Shown here: in pieces, positions 12,610 through 25,265 of the stretch
Position numbering within the stretch: the stretch's first letter is position 1
How the letters are laid out: every line of letters starts with the position of its first letter
Source of the DNA: Lama guanicoe
Taxonomy: Eukaryota
Direction of reading: 5' to 3'
DNA: 64,000 nucleotides
Assembly: GCA_013239625.1 (NCBI GenBank)
Contig: MU053557.1
Span: 1,495,063-1,559,062, forward strand
Position numbers and translations under genes: made by a program
The notes under the pieces: generated by a model
Told to the model about the DNA's origin: nothing
Database searches by the model: none
What the model saw: the letters and a program-made list of their open reading frames with translations, nothing else

Positions 12610-13050
12610 TGAATATTAATAATCACTTGCTTTGTGCAGGGTGCTATGCAAGTCACTGGGATACAGGAAGACAGGGCCATGTCCTCATGGGGACCTTGAG
12701 GACTAATGGGGACAATGGTAATCTAATATAGGATTATAGGTAAATAAATAATTTAGTAATTAATCATACCTGTGCAACATGCTGCAAAGAAGAGTGTGAA
12801 ATAGCAGTCAGGGAAGAGTGTTCAGAGGAAAGGCATGTTAAGTCAATGCCAGAAGAGGATATAGGCATGAGCCAGATGAAGAAAGGGACACAGTGACCCC
12901 AGAATGAGGAACCAGCTCATTTCCTAAGGGCAGGCAGAAGAGATCACCATGTGTTAGAGGGGTTGAGTGAGGTCAGCAAGACTAAAAGAGGAAAACAGAA
13001 TGGTGTGCAGTGAGTCTGGAGCTGTAAGTGGGCAAGGGACCATCTGAAGA
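12610..13050 (-). mobile_element. L2 3' fragment
   Basis: CACTGGGATACAG..CAGTCAGGGAAGA..ATGAGCCAGATGAAGA. Confidence 0.7.
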
Positions 13051-13179
13051 AAATAAGAGTGTGACTGATGTGGTGATGTGAAGGACCTGCAGAGCGGCGA
13101 GCGGCACATGCCAGTGTAATCAGGCTATATTGGTGTGGTAACAGGTAAATGAGGAGACACTGTTTCATAATTTTGAGAG

Positions 13180-13435
13180 GCTACTGAGTGCAATGGTAAA
13201 GAACTAGAGGTCTGGTTCAGAATACTATGTGGGTTAAATCCTGGCTCCACCACTTCCCAACACTGTGACTTTCAGGGAGTTACTTAGCCCCTCTGCTCAA
13301 GTTTCCTTAACTATATATTGTGATTAATCATAATACACACCTCATAAGTCAAGTTAAATGAATGAATACACATAAGATACTTCGAGCAGTTCCTGGCACA
13401 TAATAATCATTCACTATAGTCAACTTTTATCATTA
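13180..13435 (+). mobile_element. MIR SINE, near full length
   Basis: GGGTTAAATCCTGGCTCCACCACTT..CAGTTCCTGGCACATAATAA. Confidence 0.9.
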
Positions 13436-13825
13436 GAAAAAACGAGAGGAGATAAAATCTACTTAGCACACGGAGATGTCACTAGAAGGCAGGATAAAGG
13501 TAAAAAGCAGAACTGTTTCTTAATGATCAATTCAGCAAGCATGTATTGACGAGTTCCTCTTTTACTCTCCAGTAACATTTTTATTATGATACAGTTTTCC
13601 TTTAAATGACATTTAAAGAATTTGGTGGAAGCAACACTGACGACCAATGTACTTTGGTTAAAAGTACTATTGTAGTCGTGGAGATCAAAGGCCTTTCGCT
13701 CATACCATTCCATTAAAATGTTTCACCTAAGTTGCCTCTCTTTCTTTTTAGCAGTTTAAAATTTCTCTTTTCTACCTAGTTTGTGGTCTTTGTAGACGTT
13801 CCACATGGTCAAAGTGTTTGTATTT

Positions 13826-14524
13826 TTTTAACCAAAATATAGTTCATTTATAATATTGTGTTAGTTTCAGGTGTACAGCAGAGTGATTCAGTTGTTTGTT
13901 TTTTTTTCAGATTATTTTCCATTATAGGTTATTACAAGATATTGAATATAGTTCCCTGTGCTATGCAGAAAGTCCTATTTGCTTATCTATTTTTTGTATA
14001 GTAGTTTGTATCTGTTATCCCCATACTCTTAATTTATCCCTCCCTCCCTTCCTTTCCCCTTTGGTAACCAAACCCTCCTTCACTGTTGGTGGAAATGTGA
14101 TTTGGTGCAGCCACTTGAGAAATCATTATGGAGGTTCCTTTAAGAACTAAAAATAGAGCTACCATATAGTTCAGCAATCCCACTCCTTGGTATAAATCTG
14201 GAAAAGATGAAAACTCTAAGTCTAAAAGATACATGCACCCCAATATTCATGGCATCACTATTTACAATAGTCAAGACATGGAAACAACCCAAGTGCCCAT
14301 CAATAGATGATTGGCTTAAGAAGATGTGAGATATATATACACACACATTACTCAGCCACAAAAATGAATGAAAATTTGCCATTTACAGTAACATGAAAGG
14401 ACCTAGAGAATATTATACTAAGTGAAGTAAGTCAAAGACAAATGTTACTATGTATCACTTGTATGTGGAATTAAAAATATATATATAAATGAATCTATAT
14501 ACAAAACAAACAGACTCACATAGA
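13826..14524 (-). mobile_element. Lineage-specific L1, 5'-truncated with 5' inversion (13826-14070 minus, 14071-14524 plus)
   Basis: Antisense 3' UTR joined directly to sense ORF2-end/3' UTR; TSD AAAGTGTTTGTATTT (13811-13825) / AAAGTGTCCATATTT (14525-14539). Confidence 0.9.
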
Positions 14525-14984
14525 AAAGTGTCCATATTTGATGTGAGAAAGACTATGATGGAGAGTAACTGTCTCTGAATGAAAGAAGGGGTCCAGATAT
14601 TGGTACTCTCTAAAGTCACGAGGGCCAATAAGATTCATTGTGTAAAATGCTATTCCTGATGTTAATTTTCCTGCCCTAATCCAATCACGGTAAGTTAACA
14701 AATTCCTAACTCCTAAAAAATGGCACCTTCATTTCTTACTCTCATTTGTTTACAAAGAATTACTGATTTATCTAGTTGGTTCTTGAATGGTTGTGACACA
14801 GCCACGAAATTCTTTCTGCAATAGTAAATGTTCGTATTTGGCAGTATGCAGAATTTTATGTCTTAAAGATACAATGATAAAGCTTTCATGAGAAAGTTAA
14901 TATGAGGTTGGCACATTTGCGGGTGTTCAAGAAATAATCTGCTGAATGAATGAATCAGAAATAGTCCTTAGAGCAACTCTGCAG

Positions 14985-15120
14985 GATAATGGTTATTTCT
15001 CCACTTTACAATTGCCAGAATTAAGGTTAACAGAGGTTAAGTAACTCATTTGAGGCTGCACAATGGTAAAAGATGGGGGAAGTGAAGCCCAGTCTCCCTG
15101 ACTCAGAAGGCACACTGTGC
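14985..15120 (-). mobile_element. MIR fragment, preceded by an L2 tail at about 14905-14955
   Basis: CAGAGGTTAAGTAACT core; TGCTGAATGAATGAAT L2 terminus just upstream. Confidence 0.65.
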
Positions 15121-15759
15121 CCGGGTGACTCACCTGCATGACTGGTGACCAGAGGGTAATGAACCCTGGATGACCCTGGGCTGAGGGCACCTTCTCTGTG
15201 CTGCTCCAACCCTGGTACCTGCCGCAGGGCACAGTGCTCTTTCCTTTGTGACTGTGACTCTCCCCAGATTGCAGGGGTCACTCTCATGTCCCAGCACTAG
15301 CATAATGTCTGGTAGCTATTAAGTGTTTGGTAAACTTTGTACAGGGATGAGAAGCAATAAAGGCTTCATTGTCATTTTAAAAAACTAGATTACATATATT
15401 ATATAATAAGTATGTTGTGCATATTATATAATATATATAAATGAATAATGTGGAACCAAAGAGTAACCTTGCCTTTATATTTTTTAGAATCTGAGTATCT
15501 GCTGTATCAGATCTAATAAAAATTTATTTTGTGCCACAGAATATGCACCTTGTATTTGATGCTCTTTCATTCAACCTCCAAAACTTTGGAGTGCTGTTCA
15601 CCTTGCACAAAATTTAATGCCCCTACTCATTTAAATCTTAAACAGTATCTTCTCATTCTTCCCTTCAGGGTTTCCATCCTTGTCCTTATCCCTTTCCACG
15701 TCTCAGACTACCAATTTCCTGAAGGGACTCACAGCCACACCGAGAGCTCCAGCTGCCAA

Positions 15760-16168
15760 ATTAGTGGACACTGTCACGAATACCCAGACTCCCTACTGAA
15801 GGAGTCATTCCTCCAGATGCTGGGGTGCCGCTCGCTGATAAACCTCAGCTCTCAGCCCTCTCCAAGAACTCACTCAGCTGAGGAGAGCTCCTTCACTCAA
15901 GGCCATGCCTTCTCAGAGTCTGTACCCAGCAACCATCAGTGCAGGGGAGTAAAGGCCTGCTCCTCTCCTGGGCCCGTCCAGCTTCAGAGCTCACCCACTG
16001 GGTCAGCAGAAGCCTATGTTGAGTCTGCATCACACCCATGCTCTCCCACTACCCCATCCTACGGCCTCCTCATTTCACATAGGCGTCCATATCAGAATAC
16101 CCTAATACATTTACTGCACATGGATTTCCATCTGAGAATCCATTTTGAGGGAACCCTGCCCATAAGGA
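15760..16168 (+). mobile_element. LTR16A-like ERVL solo LTR
   Basis: CTCAGCTGAGGAGAGCT..CCAGCTTCAGAGCTC..CTGCACATGGATTTCCATCTGAGAATC..GGGAACCC. Confidence 0.8.
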
Positions 16169-16169
16169 T

Positions 16170-16403
16170 TCATGACTCCCAAGCCTCTCTTTCCAGTTGA
16201 GTCCTCTTTGACAAGCCCCAGAACCATGTGTCTCTATACCTACTGAACACCTTCCAACTGGATGTCCTTAGTTACCTCAGCCTCTACAATCCCAAACTGA
16301 ACTCATATTGTTTTCCACATCCCCAGACTCTGGCCTTCTCTCAATTTCTCTGTCTCAGGGGATCTCACCCGCATCATCTAAGCCTCTCAAGGCACAAACG
16401 TTA
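16170..16403 (+). mobile_element. L2 fragment
   Basis: TGACTCCCAA..CCAACTGGATGTC..CCCAAACTGAACTCAT. Confidence 0.75.
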
Positions 16404-16954
16404 TGTGTTAGTTATCTATTGATAGATACAGATATAGACATAAATAAAACATTACCACAAATGTAGCAACTAAAACCAAGGCACACTTACTATCTTATAG
16501 TTTCTAGGGGTCAGGAGACCAGGCAGAGCTGGGTCCTCTGCAGTGTCAGCCAGGGATGTAGTTCCATTAGAGTTGGAAAGGTCCACTTCCAAGCTCACGC
16601 AGCCCCTGGAAGAATTTCACTCTTTGCAGGCTTTGGGAATGAGGGCCTCAGTTTCTTGCTAGCTGTTGACCAGAGGCCACCCCCAGTTCCTCACCATGTG
16701 GTCCTCTCCATAGGCAGTTCAAAATATGGCAGTTTGCTTCTTAAAAGCCAGCAAGGGAAAGAAAGTTCGAGCAAGACAAGTGTTACAAGCCTAAGTAATG
16801 TAATCACAGAAGTGACCTTCCATCACCCTTGCCGTATTCAGTTGGTGGGAAACAAGTCACAAGTACCACCATCACTCATGGGGAGGGGTCCACGCAAGGG
16901 TGTGACCTTCAGGAGGTGGAGTCCTTGAGGCAATCTTACAATCCATCTGCGACC
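16404..16954 (-). mobile_element. MLT1E/F-like MaLR solo LTR
   Basis: TGTGTTAGTTATCTATTG start; TCCACTTCCAAGCTCAC; GAGGGCCTCAGTTTCTTGCTAGCTGTTG; CAGAAGTGACCTTCCATCAC. Confidence 0.85.
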
Positions 16955-17564
16955 TTTGGACTATCTTCTGTTTACTTTAGCCACACCTAAAGTGACACTG
17001 TCTTACTCTTATCAATAGTGGGATTGATGAATGCCTCTGTGATGCTTTACACTCCTGCCTGTCTTGAGATATTTGACCTAGAGTGGGAAGGAAAATAAGA
17101 GATCAGGGCATCTCCTAGGGTTGAGGAAATTTATCCAAGAGTAATTCTTCTGAACCATGGGGGAAATGTGAGCAGAGACGGCCCTGTTCTCACCCAGAAC
17201 AGAAGCACTGCAGCCGTGTCACACAGCAGAAAGTGCACAGGAGTCTGCTACCCAAACTAGCCATGACAGTTACCAGGAACATTTTCCTTTCACCCGTAAT
17301 ATGAAAAAGGAGTTCTCGGTGTCTACAAACCTTTCTGATCCTGTCAGTCTGTGCACTGTCATAGTTTAAAACTTCCTGGAATAGGAGACTTCTAAATGCA
17401 CTTTTCCATTCTCATTTCCGTATCTACCAGCTATCATTCTCAGGTTTCTCTTGCCAAGTTGCTCAAAAGAATGTCACCATCATTATCTAGCAGATTCACA
17501 TTCTTAATGCCAGATGTGGTGAAGTTCTGAAGAACAAGGCCACACAGTCCATTTTGTGACTGTG

Positions 17565-17750
17565 TTTTGTGACCTTAGGCAAGGTCCTTAAGCCCATAGG
17601 GTTCAGTTTCCTTACCTGCAACATGGAGATAATAGTAGCACCCATGCAGCAGTGTTGAGGTGAGGATTAAGCATACACACCATTTAGCACAGTGCTTGGC
17701 ATATGATAGCATTTCCCAGATGCTAGTGCCTAACATTAACATGATCATTA
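17565..17750 (+). mobile_element. MIR SINE
   Basis: TGTGACCTTAGGCAAG..GTGAGGATTAA..TTAGCACAGTGCTTGGCATAT. Confidence 0.9.
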
Positions 17751-18914
17751 TTGGACAGAACTGTGCTTGGTGCCAGAACAATAAAAATTAAAGAAATATG
17801 GGGCTGCCAATTTTTAATTTCTCAGTTAAATTTATTTTCAAAGCTTTCATTGAGTATTGCCACTCTTTTCTCCAAGAAAAAATATTTCAAACCAAAGAAC
17901 TGGAAGGCCATAATCTTGAATTAAATGGCAGTCCTTTTAAATGGAATAAATTTAGCTTTGGAAAAAAAAAAAAACTCATGTTCCAGTATTGATTTTTTTT
18001 TTTTTGTGCCACAGTGTGGTGAAAATTTCATCATGGATTTCCACAGATTCATAGCCCAGGGTTTGGCAACTGCTGGATAAGAGGTCCAAGGTCCCATCAG
18101 ATGACAGTAACAGACCTCATGTTATTGCCCTCTTGTGTCTTAGTCACTAAAGGAGTGATGGGCTCATCCTGCATCCTGCTCATCCAACACACATTTTTCA
18201 TTATAGTACCTACAATCAAATTGGCCCTCCAACTTCCAAGCTATTTCAACTGATTCACTGTGAACTGAACCAGTGAAGCTTCTTAGCAATTGGCCATTTA
18301 TTCTTGCAGTAGATAAGGTTTGAGGGAGCCATTATATCTTGACGAGTTTGTTTAAACGATGCCAACTCCAAACCTTACCTAGTAGGGAAATTGGGGGTGG
18401 GGGAGGGGAGGTGTGTTACAAGAACATCCCTAGTAGCGATGGGGTGTGAGGGGGTTGTTACAAAAACCTCACATATTTTAAATACAGAAACATTATGCAG
18501 TCTTTCTGGTAAATTACACTTGATTGGGATGGAAGATAAATGTCACAATTGAGAGCAATTTGTAAAAATGCAACTGGAAATAATTTCTTTGCTCGTGTTG
18601 TTAAAAAGAAGTACACTCCCGATTGTAGATTTAAACACAGGAGTGATGTATGGCAGGCATTAACGGAACCATCATGCAGGTCTGTCTGATGGCTTATTTA
18701 CGTATGTGTTGTGTGTGTCTGTGTGTACTGGCAGTCAGGAAATGTTTGTCTTTCAATCTACTATTTCTGTCTGGATGGGAGCAAGAAGAACAGAGATGTG
18801 TTTTCTAGATGTTGGCTTGCTTGCAGATCCTCTTAATAAAGAGATGAAGCTTGATTCATGAAAAAAAAATAGCCTGGAACATTCTCCTGTATTTTTTTTT
18901 TTTTGCAATTTACT

Positions 18915-19448
18915 GGATTACTCAGGATGATTTAGTTGCAAATGACAACAACCCAACTAAAACTGGCTTTTGGGAAGGAAAAAGAAACATATTCACACAT
19001 GTAATAGAAAAATCCATGGGGTACTCACTTTTTGGAACAGTGGGACCCATATGCTCTCACTGTACCTCTCTATTCTGCAATCTTTTTTTTGTTGGCTCAG
19101 ATCTCAGGTTCTCTCCAAGAAATGGAAAATATGGCAACCAGCAAATCGGGATTATATCCTAACAGCCTAACAACTTTATCTGGAAAACCATGCCTTTTTC
19201 TCAATAATTCAGTGATTAGTGGGCTTCAACTAGGTCCCAACACCCAACCCAGAATAAATCCCTAGCCATGGAAATGCATGGTCATATTCATTAAAACTGA
19301 ATAAACTGTTTACCTTCCGGACCTGGACGTGAAGTCAGCCTCCACTACCAAAACCCATGCAGTCTGCAAACTGGGGAGGTGTATTTCTTAGAGTAAGAGA
19401 GAAGTTCTGCTGAGGTACAGTGGGCAATCAGAAATAGATGTCCCCTAC
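18915..19448 (-). mobile_element. MLT1K-like MaLR solo LTR
   Basis: GTTGCAAATGACAACAACCCAACTAAAACTGGCTT start; ATGGCAACCAGCA; AGATGTCCCCTAC end. Confidence 0.7.
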
Positions 19449-19939
19449 CCTTCCATGATTATTCTGTTTGTTTCTGTCCAGAGCCAATTTAAACTCTAGT
19501 CAACCTATAGTGTATAAAAGAACTTTGACCCTTTTGATAGCTGATTCTGTAGCACTAAGATAAGGCATGTTACCTGCCTAGGTCAATACTGGTAGCTTAT
19601 CTTGCTGTATCTACCGTGAAATAAGACAGTAATGACAATACCTTCAAAGTAGACGATGCGAGGACCCATGAATGTCTCACAATGTTCTCACGTAAAATGA
19701 GCAGAGACCACATGCTGGCACTTCACTTACACTTGAATCACAAGATTCAAGAGTCTTGCTTATGTGTTCCTTTAGTGACAGACCACTAACCTAATAATTA
19801 CAGTTTGTTAACTTCAGGGATAAAAGGGAGCATCAATAGACTAGAATTAGAATCCAACTTAGGACTACACAGACTTGGTTTAAAACTTTATTTTAGGTCT
19901 TCAATAGGTAAGAACTATTAATTTTTTAAATTAATCGGC

Positions 19940-20100
19940 TTTGTCATGTTAGACAAGTTGTTTAACCTCTCTAAACCTGAGTTTCCTCATCTCTAAAACA
20001 GGGATAATATTTACCCTGAAGATTTGTACGGAGGAACAGACACAGCAGAAATTAAGTGCAAGTGTCACATGGACATGAAATAAATAATACCTGTTATCCT
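19940..20100 (+). mobile_element. MIR SINE
   Basis: GACAAGTTGTTTAACCTCTCTAAACCTGAGTTTCCTCATCTCTAAAACAGGGATAATA. Confidence 0.9.
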
Positions 20101-20594
20101 CAGTAATAAGAACAGTCTTTTAATACTGATATACAAAGCTACTGAGAAAAGAATCGATACTTTGGAATACCAACAGTGGAAAAGAGAAGGGCATGTAAGA
20201 AAAAAGAGATCAGGGAATTGAAACACACACATAGACAAGACTCATTGTATCTTCTCTCCAAAGCACATGTAGCCCAACATTCAGTTTTTAGAAAACGCAT
20301 CTATGATGAGGAAAGACACATGTGCATAGAGAGAATTTAAAAAGCTTTGTTATCATTCTACCCTGATAAAATGAGAGCAAGTACTGTAACTTTGGGCATC
20401 ACTATCTTTGGGATAGCAAAGATGCAGTACAGGGGATGAAACCTACATTTCCATGGTTCTTAAGAGTTTACAGTTCATGTGCACAGAAGTCAGCAGTTAC
20501 AGCAAGATGCTGTTGACATCTGACCTTTAGTCCTATGCAGGCAATCATTTTTATAGTAGGCCTTCACTAATTCCATGCCTGCGCCAACAGACAC

Positions 20595-21075
20595 CCTGGA
20601 TTACGAAGCAGAGAAATCTGCGTTTGACTCCCACGTCTGCCATTTATGAACTGTGGGAACTTAGTAAAGAAACATAACCTCTGTAAGCCTGTTAACTTAT
20701 CTGCAAACAGTGAAAATACAGGAGAGCGTACAGCACGATGCTCAAAAGCAAGAACTTCGGAGTTAGACTGCCTAAGTTAGGATCTTAGCTAGCCTTGTGA
20801 CTTGGGCAAATTACTCCACGTCTCAGTTTTCTCATCTAGAAACTGGGGATAATTACAGTACCTACTTGTGAAGATCAAGTGATATAACCATGTAATGTAT
20901 TTAGTATATTGTCTTGTATGTGCTAAATAGTCCACAATGTTAGGTATTGCTATTAATAATACTACTCATTCTTACGGCTGTCATGAGGTTGATGCGATTG
21001 AATTTACTTTCATTATCTTAACGCCCTATCAGCATAAAGTAAATGTTCAAGAAAGGGTCTGCTTATTCTAATTAT
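20595..21075 (+). mobile_element. MIR nested in MIR (inner copy about 20722-20954)
   Basis: Outer 5' half ends at ATCTGCAAACAGTGAAAATA; full inner copy follows; outer 3' half resumes AATAATACTA..GGCTGTCATGAGG. Confidence 0.75.
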
Positions 21076-22458
21076 CATTATCTGATCCTTTGAATGGTAG
21101 AATGAATATGTAGCTACCACACTGAGAGTTTCTCCACAAGATAAATTATGCCCTTCTTGACTGCATCTCCTATGCTTACTAGCAGGCATGAAATATAACC
21201 ATCTTTTAGTAATCTGAATAGACTCTTCTCTCAGTTTGACTACCTAACCAAAGACACCAAAGGCAAATTCTGTTAGGATTAACTGACTCTTGAGTTTTCC
21301 ATCATCTTACTAGCCTATGTGGAGTTTGTATACTGAAAATTTTCCCTCCAACATCTTGCTTCAGTTTTTCTTCACATTCCATTAGTTCTCCATCAGTAAA
21401 GTTTCATCACTTGAGGGTGAAGTGGTTAAGAATGGGTTTGCAAATATCTGGATTATTGACCAAATCACAGATGAAAGAAAGCTTTACAAGCCCTGGTTGT
21501 CATTTCCCCTGCTTCCTCCTAGGGCCACAGCTATCCATCCTGTTTATTACCAGTTCATTACAGTCACCCCAGAGTCGGCCTTAAGGGGCTACTAAGCTTT
21601 AATTGAAATGAGGAAGTCAAGACCCTCAACCAGTTTTTCAAAGGACAAAGTAATGCAACTTAGTGGTTTGGGGGCTTCTCCAAACTCATGTCACCAAGTT
21701 AAGCGTCTCATTCCAAAGCATAAATGTCTTGGAACAATTCTCTGGAAATACAAGCAATGTGAGTGACAAATGCAAAAATTACACAACTGGGGGGGAAAGA
21801 CTGTCAAGCCAAAACACAGAAAGTAATGATTCATTTTACAAAATAAAAATGCTCAAAGAAACATCAGGGAACTTGTTTTCGGCTGCAGTTAGCTTAATGA
21901 AATGGTTCTCTAAGTGGATGTTTATTGGAAATCTGTGTTTAGAAGGCTGGAAATAAATTCCATCCTTAAGTTTTGCTCCCCTCCCCCCCCCCCCACTTTA
22001 GCCCATTTTATTCAAAGCTAAACACCAGATATAAATTAGGATTCTTGAACTGCTTTTAAACTGCTGGCATCTGTGAGATTAGAAGGAAGTCTGATTTAGC
22101 AAAACTTAGAAAAGTACAGAACAATTGCCAAACGAGAGAATCTTTTATGTATGTTGTACAACAATGTTATGTAACCAGGCAAGTTGTTCACTTCATTCTT
22201 TATGATGAGTATATGGGGCAATATATCTCTTAATGTTTGGCCAGCTGAGAGCCCATTAGCTCGTGCTGCATTATTTAGATGTTAAATTGATTTGAGAGGA
22301 AATTAATTATGTATGTTCAGCTAAAAACTATCACTGCATTCAGTAAGTTCTTAATATAAAGACCCCCTTCTGTTTTTATTTTATTTTTTTGTTTAATTTT
22401 CAGGGGAGAGATGGTGGTTTTTCTGTCATTCCTAATTTCCAGAGACTCCAGAAACCAA

Positions 22459-22690
22459 GTAGTTAAAATAAGAGTGCCACAGACAAAGACTTCTTGGTTT
22501 AAAATATGTTCACCATTTTTTGAAATGTTTGAATTTAGGAAAGTAACTGATCTCTCTAACCAGTTGTCCATCTATAAAATGAAGACCATAATGATATCTT
22601 CTTCATGTGTTCATTCTGAGGATTAATGCACATAAAGTACTTAGCACACTGTCTGATACATAGCATGTACTCAACAAATGTTGATGCTAA
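22459..22690 (+). mobile_element. MIR SINE
   Basis: CATCTATAAAATG..TGAGGATTAATG..AAAGTACTTAGCACACTGTCTGATACATAG..CTCAACAAATGTT. Confidence 0.9.
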
Positions 22691-23412
22691 AAAATCATCA
22701 CTACATCCTCATGAATATAAAGTTAGGTTCTGCAACATGAATGGAAAGTAGTCTCGTTTTGCTTTGTGTGTTGTTAACAATCTAGGTACAATAGGGAATG
22801 TTAGCTAATTAGTTTCAGATATTTAGGGACATGATCTGTACTGAGAAAGAACAAGCTAATACAACAACAGGAGATTGGGAAGAATGTTCGCTGTAATTGT
22901 CCGGTACGTAAAAGTGTGTCAATCATGGCTGAACAACAGATGTGGAATAATATGGATAAGGAGACAAGAAGAGATAGTGGCAAATTCAAGAACGTTTTTG
23001 TTTGTTCTTATTTAAAGGAGGAGTCTCTATCTGGTGAAGTCTAATGAAATCCTAGGGGTGGGAGGAAGAACCCCATTTTTCCCTGCTTAGGAAACAAATC
23101 CACACTTGCCTAAAATAATGCAATGAAGCAATGGTAGGATTTACCCTGAAACTCAAATCTTCAACTCTCAGCTTCTTGCTATTTTTTCTACCCGCAACTC
23201 TGACCCAGGCTCCCACCAAATAAATACGAAAGTGGTTGGTTTGGACCCTGCTGATTTTACTGTCTATATCAGGGAGTTTTCTGCACTAAGAATAGAGATT
23301 TTTGATCTAAACTTTTCAAAATTCCAAAAGGGTTTTGTGAATCAATCCTCAGAAGAATTTATTTCAAGATGTAAAGAATGCATTCAGTATGTCTGCTATT
23401 AATTAAAGAAAA

Positions 23413-23625
23413 AACTAATTTTGATTGAAACCTACCATATGCTTGGCACTGTGTGTGAAGTATGTCAGTTGTACTGGTCCAATTTTATCCTCACAACTCC
23501 TCCTCTGTGGAGTAGGTCTTAAGAAAACTGGGGTTCAGAACACTTTCCAAGGGACATGAAATTGATAAGAGGAGAAACAGGACTCACATCTGGGTGTGTA
23601 CAGTCAAAACTTGTGGCCTTACTGA
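23413..23625 (-). mobile_element. MIR SINE
   Basis: TTGAAACCTACCATATGCTTGGCACTGTG..ATCCTCACAAC..AAACTGGGGTTCAGA. Confidence 0.8.
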
Positions 23626-24444
23626 TTGTGCTCATCTGCATCTACTTCTGACATTCTTTCCCGTCTCGAGGAACTGGATGGTGGAACAGAGACAGCATTT
23701 CCTGTCATTCACACCATAGGTCTGAGCAGAATTAGAAGATGCCATAACCATAGGAACCGACTACAAAGTGCCAATCGTTGAGAAATGTATTGCCCTATAT
23801 ACCCATCATAAAGAATGAAGGTGAACTACTTGCTGGATTATGTAACATTGTTGTACAACATAAATAAAAGATCCTCTCGTCCTGGAGATTGTTCTGTATT
23901 GTTCTAAGTCTAAATGGGACTATAATTTGGGATTTGGGAGTTCAAGGATGGGGCTGGGGCAGACACTTATTGAAACGGGCACTATAAGGCCAGCATATAA
24001 AGCCAGCATCAGCAACAGAACCACTCCCCTACAGGGTTCCCCATCACAATTTCCCTTGCATCTCCGCAAACAGCAGAAATAACCTTGACTTGTGCATTGG
24101 GTCAAAACTAGGCAAGAGATTAATTCTAGACATTTTACATAAAATGAAGTACTCTGACCCACTGAATATTTTAAAAAATCACTTTCTGTAAGTGAAATGT
24201 TTTCAAACATGATACAACTATTTAATAAAAAGAACGTCATTTTAAATGAAAATAGTTATTACCTAGAGACCCTGAAATAAAAAGAAATTAAGTCCAATAT
24301 TCATCTCTCCCTGGATGCTTGCACTGTAGAAGGAGTCAGAGACTACCTCCAGCACCAGGTTTCTCCTCTGAACCAAACATCTTTTCAGGCTCAGTGTTAC
24401 AGCCAAGAAGGAAGTGGTGTTGCACCACCCTTCAAATGACAGTG

Positions 24445-25095
24445 ATCTTACCATATGACCCAACAATCCCACTCCTGGGCATATATCCAGAGGGAACCTT
24501 AATTCTAAAAGATACATGCACCCCAATGTTCACAGCATCACTATTTACAATAGCCAAGACATGGAAACAACCTACATGTCCGTTGACAGATGACTGGATA
24601 AAGAAGTTGTTTTATATTTATACAATGGAATAAAGAAGTTGTTTTATATTATACTATTGAATACTACTCAGCCATAAAAAAGAATAAAATAATGCCATTT
24701 GCAGTAACATGGATGTCCCTGGAGACTGTCATTCTAAATGAAATAAGCCAGAAAGAGAAAGAAAAGTACCATACGGTATCACTAAAATCTAACAACAATA
24801 AAAAAAAGACAAACAAACTTATTTGCAAAACAGAAACAGACTCTCAGACATAGAGAACAAACTTGTGGTTCCCAGGGGGAAAGGGGGTAGGAGGGGATAA
24901 ATTGGGAGTTAAAGATTTGCAGACACTAACTGATATATATAGAATAGATGAACAACTAGTTCATGCTGTATAGCACAAGGAACTATATTCAGTATCTTGT
25001 AACTTATGGTGAAAAAGAATATATGTATGTATGACTGAAGCATTGTGCTGTACACCAGAAATTGACACAGCATTGTAAACTGACTATAATTACTT
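24445..25095 (+). mobile_element. Young lineage-specific L1, 5'-truncated (ORF2 C-terminus plus 3' UTR)
   Basis: Translates LPYDPTIPLLGIYP..KDTCTPMFTASLFTIAKTWKQPTCPLTDDWIKK, the L1 ORF2p C-terminus; 3' UTR ends TGTAAACTGACTATA. Confidence 0.95.
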
Positions 25096-25096
25096 T

Positions 25097-25265
25097 TATA
25101 TATGTATATATATATAAGTATGTATATATATAAAAGTATGTATGTATATATATAAGTATGTGTATATATAAAAGTAGATATATGTATATATATAAAAATA
25201 ATTATATATAAGTATATATATATAATATATAAAAGTACATATATACACACTTTATATATATAAAT
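25097..25265. repeat. Complex (TA)n-rich repeat at L1 tail
   Basis: Recurring TATATATAA(AA)GTATG units. Confidence 0.95.

Noticed and set aside
15529..16200. Longest ORF (223 aa)
   Set aside because: Non-ATG start, runs across an LTR16 solo LTR and L2 sequence, no recognisable domain
24319..24633. ORF with L1 ORF2p C-terminal peptide
   Set aside because: Fragment of a 5'-truncated L1, not a gene
24909..25250. Ile/Tyr-rich ORF
   Set aside because: Translation of a (TA)n tract
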